64,000 nucleotides of DNA from a bacterium (GTDB taxonomy: Bacteria > Hinthialibacterota > Hinthialibacteria > Hinthialibacterales > Hinthialibacteraceae): the NCBI GenBank assembly GCA_963662285.2, contig CAXXMV010000006.1, positions 384,001 through 448,000 of the forward strand, read 5' to 3'. A model generated the notes under the pieces. It made no database searches. It saw only the letters and a program-made list of their open reading frames with translations, and was not told the DNA's origin. Shown here piece after piece: positions 59,801-64,000 of this stretch; the first letter of the stretch is position 1, and each line of letters opens with the position of its first letter. The position numbers and the translations under genes were made by a program.

Positions 59801-60555
59801 TGCCAGTTTTTTCCATCAAAACAAATAAGCCGGGATAATGAATCATTGTTTGACGAATCAGCCACCAGATATACATGTCCGTTTTTTCCATCCAATGGCT
59901 CTTTCAGGTCATGAAGATCATTGTCCGGGGGAATATATTCAATCAATTCTAATTTTGAGACAAAAGGAGTTTCAGGTTTTTTAACTTTCAAAAGTCCTTT
60001 TTCTCCACTGATCCATACCCCTCCGTCCTTGGCTGGAGTTAAATCTATAAAATGCCCCAAACTCGTATTTTCACTCGCGACAAACGGCAGATTCTGTTTT
60101 GAAGCAAGATTGAACCCCATTACAGATTCAGGTTGCAAATAGAGAATAAAATCAAGTGAGATCGGAAAAAATTGCGTATCGGTTTTAATGCCTTCAACAT
60201 CATACCTGATCCACTTGTTATTTTTATAAACCTGAAATCCCCCATCATATATTGACCATATTTGTTCATAAGAATTTTCAAATATTGGAACATAAGCTCC
60301 TGGATTATCTGAATTTTTAACTGAGTATCCATCCAGGCGACTCATATGAGTGATGCTGCCATGGTTGATCCATAACTGGTTTTTCGAATTGATAGAGACA
60401 GTCCTTGAGTAAGATTCCGCCAGACCATCTCCGGCTCTCCAATAACGCCAGTTAAATGAAGTCTGGCTCAAACAAATTTGGGGAATAGCTAACAAAATAA
60501 TTAACAACTCTAAAAAGAAGAGTCGATTTCGGCTTATCTTAATTAAAGTAGACAT
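56809..60555 (-). CDS. Sensor histidine kinase: periplasmic beta-propeller + Y_Y_Y domain, TM, two PAS, HisKA_3, HATPase
   Basis: DG..W repeats, YTREEGLPSSIV, YS.RLDNG.WS....L.AGKH.FEVRS. TM helix and PAS domains. ERKRIGDELHDDLCQ H-box, YRIVQEALNNAIRH and DDGVG. ATGA overlap with the response regulator. Confidence 0.92.
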   Translation of the reverse strand: MSTLIKISRNRLFFLELLIILLAIPQICLSQTSFNWRYWRAGDGLAESYSRTVSINSKNQLWINHGSITHMSRLDGYSVKNSDNPGAYVPIFENSYEQIWSIYDGGFQVYKNNKWIRYDVEGIKTDTQFFPISLDFILYLQPESVMGFNLASKQNLPFVASENTSLGHFIDLTPAKDGGVWISGEKGLLKVKKPETPFVSKLELIEYIPPDNDLHDLKEPLDGKNGHVYLVADSSNNDSLSRLICFDGKNWQTLHESEESIVRGWKGPQECIWLQKKDGLFRISAEGIINRVNEEEILSGEIFDVACETDGSFWLAISSGLAQYAPSLFRTPITIRNVTSEVHAILEQENGGLWFISRNALVLNHDNQWKTFPFPMGVYSHYHESDAFCFVGNGRLILNCTKSRNLLTFDPSKEEYTFIQHPEGRRLRLIAARDGETAWVRTQGEDVYDFRLETYDGSSFKTVLDFSKEKEIIHVRHVKERANGEIWIGCLSELYVYKNGKLESLNVGKGEWGSGTFWIQELTENIIWAGSRNAIHQYDGKTWNTVISDLDRVNSMHTSSDGSIWVASNSGLHRYSNGSWTAYTREEGLPSSIVHRVYQESNGRIWLGTARGISLYHPETDLDAPQTFMIHSENPNEIPSGGTLYLQFSGIDKWKRTPKDKLKYSLRLDNGNWSSFKNNTSTTFSKLKAGKHRFEVRSMDLNQNIDPSGDSYEFAVLSPWHHSSEFIIISMAMILFIALICTVIVFHNIKLDQLVKNRTANLTRINKELEHEIHERKVAEEALQKSEKLYRDAIEVANAVPYYRNYETNQYDFMGDGIESITGYSKHEITPDIWEKITMDCIPLGELAGLTRQEAIEKTRSSAEVSWRADYLITTPSGEQRWMSNAAIEVKNEDGTIVGSLGMLQNITSRKQVEKALRNSESKNRALLNAIPDLMVRIRSDGTYLDYKAPREFQPAYLSDEIVGTNIFDVLPTQAAHQWMYYLRKAVTTGESQTFEYHIEHNGSKFDCETRIVLSSVDEVLAIVRDITERKRLEKQILQIRDTERKRIGDELHDDLCQCLTGIALRSKVLEERLSGISSSDTKSAIEITNWINNAISKTRAIARGLHPIALELHGLQSALEEMISNTRKLYPIHCHLNYGKEVTLLKDEHAIHLYRIVQEALNNAIRHGHASNVWIEVIQNGKEISLAVKDDGVGIPDDIENTHGMGLQIMEYRSHIIHAKFDIRRNNDCGTLVTCCFQNTEFPVGVQ

Positions 60556-60730
60556 AAAACCGCACCAGCCAGTTTCTGAAGATATGGAAATAAGAAAATT
60601 GAATTTTCACTAGAGTAGTTCTAAAAAATATATTTATTTATTATCATGCTTGATCGTCATAAAAGCAAACATTTTCCCCATTTTCAAAACACGAACAAGA
60701 ATGGAACTACCAGTATTACTCTAAGGCGTA

Positions 60731-63694
60731 TTACTTGCAGGCGCGGTTGACCGTCATATCCGGTTTTCCGCCCGGCATATCAATTCGTGGTCTTTGCGCC
60801 AACATTTGTTTTACCGAATCAAATGCGGCCAGAATGGCTAGATAGTCGGGGTCGCTGGCGTCCTTAAAAATAGCCTTGCCGCATGTTTCATTCCCACCAG
60901 CCGTTTTTGCCAATGGCGCCGTCAGGAATGTATTGTATTGCGGATCGGTGATTCGCGTCCAAACAGCTCTAGGCATTTTATCAGTTTGATGACATGGAGT
61001 GCATCTCCGTTCCGCCACATCATTCAATACTTCATCTAGTTGATCAGGATAGATGCGTCGACAACCGGTCATTTCCGGATATGCCGTCTCGCTGCTGCCA
61101 TAGTAGGGGACATTCAGATCAATCCAGGCCAGCATCCGGCGAATGCTTAGCGAATCCATCTTGACTCTTGGATCACCCTTGCTATCCGGATGTCCAGTGA
61201 TAATAAGGTCTGCCAAGCGGCTTTGTGGAGAACCCCATGACAATGGAGTCGTCACCAAAATGTTCTGTTCCTGACCGTTATAGGTTGGAATCCAATTGAC
61301 GTATGGGCTGCCTTTGGAACCTTGGTTTTGCCTGGCGAGTATATCATAGGATACATTGAAATAATCCGTCTTGGCGCCAGTCAAATCAATGCCATTCGGC
61401 GTATGACCAGGTTTATGACACTCAACGCAATAACGGTCCAGTACCGGTTGCACTAAACGCGAATAATCAAATCCCCCTACGCCCCATTCCGGTTCTTCCA
61501 ATTCGTTGGGAGCCTCTTTATAAGCCATCTGTGAAGATAATAAGGGAGTCGTATGTCTGGATTCATGGCAGCCGACGCAACCTTGGGTCTCGCCCGGCAT
61601 GAGATGGGTGAAACTCCGCATTCTTTGCAAGGCCCGTCCATGTTTATCCAAAACCATAAAATAAATGGGAACATTGGCGGGAACTTTGAAATAAGCTGAT
61701 CCATCAGGATCAATATCTATTTCTCCCAACACTGTTTTTCCGGCATAGGTCGCTCCACACGATATAACGGGGAATTGAAATCCGAACGCACGCTTTTCCG
61801 GATCAATCCGAACCGTTTTGGGCATCTCCCGCACTACGCGAATACGCTTGATTTCACCCTGTTTAATATGCGGTTTCAAACCGTGATATACATCCTGCAA
61901 ATAGATATAGGCGTATTGTTCCGTCTCTTGGTTCAAATCCAATTGTGCGGGAATCACCGGAGGCCGCGACCGGACGCGCACTGGAATTGGATTGAAATAT
62001 TGGAATCCATCTTGCGGCGCTGGAATCGCTATCGATTGACAATTATCAGTAAATGTCCTGATCAGAACCGGACCCTGGGCGGAAAGAAGCAGCCTTTCTG
62101 AATCAACCGGCCAAGGCCCGCTGTATGGTTTCGGTTCCGGCGTATTGCCGTTTCCTTGATCAACCGCTGGCATCAAGACATCGGGAGTAATGTTGGTAAT
62201 CGCGTCTTGCGTATTCACTCCCTTTGAACGGTCAATGATCCCAATAGCGCCCCGGGTAGGCCCGTTATGCCCGGTCATGGTGCATACAATTTTTTCTGTA
62301 CCGGGGATGGGACGCGCTTCCATAAATGTACCTGGTGACAATACTCCGTTGCCGAAATACATGGAGAGATTTGTCCCATCAGGATGAATAGTCCACAAAC
62401 TTTGAATCGGGATTGCCGGTTTATCCACATATTCCCAACGGCTGTATATAATCCGGCCATCATTGAGTACGTACGGAGTGAAATCGTTGAGATAATTGGC
62501 TGAAAGTTGACGTGCGCCGCTGCCATCCGCATTCATCCGGTATACCACTCCCACCGGAGCGTGCCAGCAATAAGCGAACTGCGGCGACCGGGTGCTCAGA
62601 AAGGCAATACCTCCATCCGGAAGCCAACATGCGTTGTAATCATGCCAGGGGCCATCGGTAAGTTGCGTAAGATTCGATCCATCGGTGTTGATAGTCCACA
62701 GATGATATCCTTCATCCTGGTTTTGCCGCCAACTGAACATGATCTTTGTTGCATCATAAGAAAGGTCGCAATCCAGTATTTGACCTTTGGTCGAGTTGAC
62801 TAATTCTTGCGGTTCTTGAAGGGGATTTTTGGCATCAAATACATACAAACCGCTTCCGGGAGAGAATCCTTCATAATGATAGGTATAAACATGAGAAGCC
62901 AGGATTTCACGCCGTTTGATTGCAATGATTTTATCAACGTCAAACAAAAGAACATCACGCTGTAGTTGGATAAATTTTTCGTCTGATCGGGGCGTCGTAT
63001 TCCCAATGGCTGCTAGTTGCGCTTCATGTCGTTCTGCTATGACATAGTCATCTCCATGTAAATTTTTAAGCCGTACAATAAGGTCTTGCAGTTCATTTGC
63101 ATCTAACGTTTTCACATAAGAAGATGAATTGGTTTTCTGATTTAAAAGCGTTGCCTCTTTGCTTGATAAACGCCTTGGATATATTTCAATTTCTGCAGCG
63201 CCAGGATTCGATCCACCATAAGAACTGGTGAATCGTATAGTCAGGTTTAGCGTTTGAACCGGAGGATCGATAGATATCCTTTGTGGGCCGTGACGCTTCT
63301 CAAAACGTCCCTGTTTGATCGCGTCGTTTGATGAGTCAATAGAAATTTCATAATCCTTCCAGCATTCATTCATTTCCCATGACGTTCGACCATAATAATA
63401 AATCTCCGATATACTTTTTGTTGTTTCCCACTCAAAGCGTATTAAAGAACCATTACGGTGAGTTTCTCCATTCACGCACCATGCTTTTGATGCGTCATTA
63501 TTACTTAAGGCCGCAGGTATTTCTCCATCGGTTGCATAACGCGCTTCGTATGATGAATTGTAATCTGAGTCAGCCTCGACATTGGCTTGTAATGCAAGGT
63601 TTTCCGGCAGAGTTACATTCTCTTTAGACTCTGAACAATAGATCAAAAACATCATGGAAAACAATAGAAGAAAAGAGTGAATGATATATCGCAT
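60731..63694 (-). CDS. Discoidin (F5/8C) + TolB-like propeller + hydrazine-synthase-alpha middle domain-like protein with three CxxCH haem motifs
   Basis: NLALQA.V.A.S N-domain. CDLSYDA..I.FS, D..ACWLPDG.IAF.STR and YSRWEYVD propeller. DGSAYFKVPA..PIYF..LD..GRALQRMRS...PGE. CVGCH, CVECH, CTPCH. Confidence 0.8.
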   Translation of the reverse strand: MRYIIHSFLLLFSMMFLIYCSESKENVTLPENLALQANVEADSDYNSSYEARYATDGEIPAALSNNDASKAWCVNGETHRNGSLIRFEWETTKSISEIYYYGRTSWEMNECWKDYEISIDSSNDAIKQGRFEKRHGPQRISIDPPVQTLNLTIRFTSSYGGSNPGAAEIEIYPRRLSSKEATLLNQKTNSSSYVKTLDANELQDLIVRLKNLHGDDYVIAERHEAQLAAIGNTTPRSDEKFIQLQRDVLLFDVDKIIAIKRREILASHVYTYHYEGFSPGSGLYVFDAKNPLQEPQELVNSTKGQILDCDLSYDATKIMFSWRQNQDEGYHLWTINTDGSNLTQLTDGPWHDYNACWLPDGGIAFLSTRSPQFAYCWHAPVGVVYRMNADGSGARQLSANYLNDFTPYVLNDGRIIYSRWEYVDKPAIPIQSLWTIHPDGTNLSMYFGNGVLSPGTFMEARPIPGTEKIVCTMTGHNGPTRGAIGIIDRSKGVNTQDAITNITPDVLMPAVDQGNGNTPEPKPYSGPWPVDSERLLLSAQGPVLIRTFTDNCQSIAIPAPQDGFQYFNPIPVRVRSRPPVIPAQLDLNQETEQYAYIYLQDVYHGLKPHIKQGEIKRIRVVREMPKTVRIDPEKRAFGFQFPVISCGATYAGKTVLGEIDIDPDGSAYFKVPANVPIYFMVLDKHGRALQRMRSFTHLMPGETQGCVGCHESRHTTPLLSSQMAYKEAPNELEEPEWGVGGFDYSRLVQPVLDRYCVECHKPGHTPNGIDLTGAKTDYFNVSYDILARQNQGSKGSPYVNWIPTYNGQEQNILVTTPLSWGSPQSRLADLIITGHPDSKGDPRVKMDSLSIRRMLAWIDLNVPYYGSSETAYPEMTGCRRIYPDQLDEVLNDVAERRCTPCHQTDKMPRAVWTRITDPQYNTFLTAPLAKTAGGNETCGKAIFKDASDPDYLAILAAFDSVKQMLAQRPRIDMPGGKPDMTVNRACK

Positions 63695-64000
63695 ATTAAA
63701 TTGCCTTTTGATTGAATTCAAAATTACTATTTTTAATTGGCGTAATTATATTCTCATAACAAATCGCTTAACGTCAAGCATTCTTATTGATTCTCTAACC
63801 GGTTTCAGGCCAAATCAGTCAAGTCCAAATTATAATAGTAGCAAATATGAGTTCTTCCCTTCACTTATATAACTTCGTTTATATAGAATGATTTTAATTT
63901 CCCTGTAGAAAAGTTGAATTTACCAAACGCCATTTAATTAAGTTATTCTATAATATGCTTTGCAAAGCCTATGTGGACAGGACTGAAATTGTGAAAAAGA

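Noticed and set aside
60610-60723. Possible MITE with TAGAGTAGTT ends (similar 11-mer at 19007)
   Set aside because: The match is too short, the right end is broken, and no transposase or further copies are visible.
60731-63694. Hydrazine synthase / anammox capability
   Set aside because: Only HzsA-like domains with an extra discoidin domain, and no hzsB/hzsC in the window.
295-63872. The many 60-190 aa track ORFs nested in or antisense to long genes
   Set aside because: They overlap well-supported CDSs and show no independent motifs.

Overview
Gene-dense bacterial window of about 36 real CDSs. It has no rRNA, tRNA, CRISPR array, transposase or integrase that I can recognise. It is dominated by large signal-peptide proteins: glycan-active enzymes (BNR/sialidase-like, heparinase II/III, GH89, beta-helix GH120/GH141-like), Ca-binding surface proteins, a PQQ-propeller/methyltransferase/malectin protein, a lamin-tail/CotH protein and an HzsA-like multi-haem protein. 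It also carries a TetR-RND efflux operon, a GldAFG-like ABC/DUF4340 operon and two signalling modules. The gene style suggests an uncultured diderm lineage such as Sumerlaeota/Hinthialibacterota (inference only). Main lead: four unrelated secreted proteins end in the same short C-terminal tag, [VI]-x-[NE]-W-x-[LI]-[YF]. Three of them flank an orphan N-methylation (pseudo)pilin gene, which suggests an undescribed C-terminal secretion or sorting signal. Other leads: a six-copy family of G/C-rich REP-like palindromes, two of which head a tandemly duplicated REP+Uma2 nuclease cassette; a duplicated, apparently circularly permuted beta-sandwich domain; a pair of paralogous uncharacterised Asp-rich secreted proteins (one with DUF4861); and a TPR pseudogene missed by the ORF track. 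All family calls come from motif recognition by eye, not database searches.
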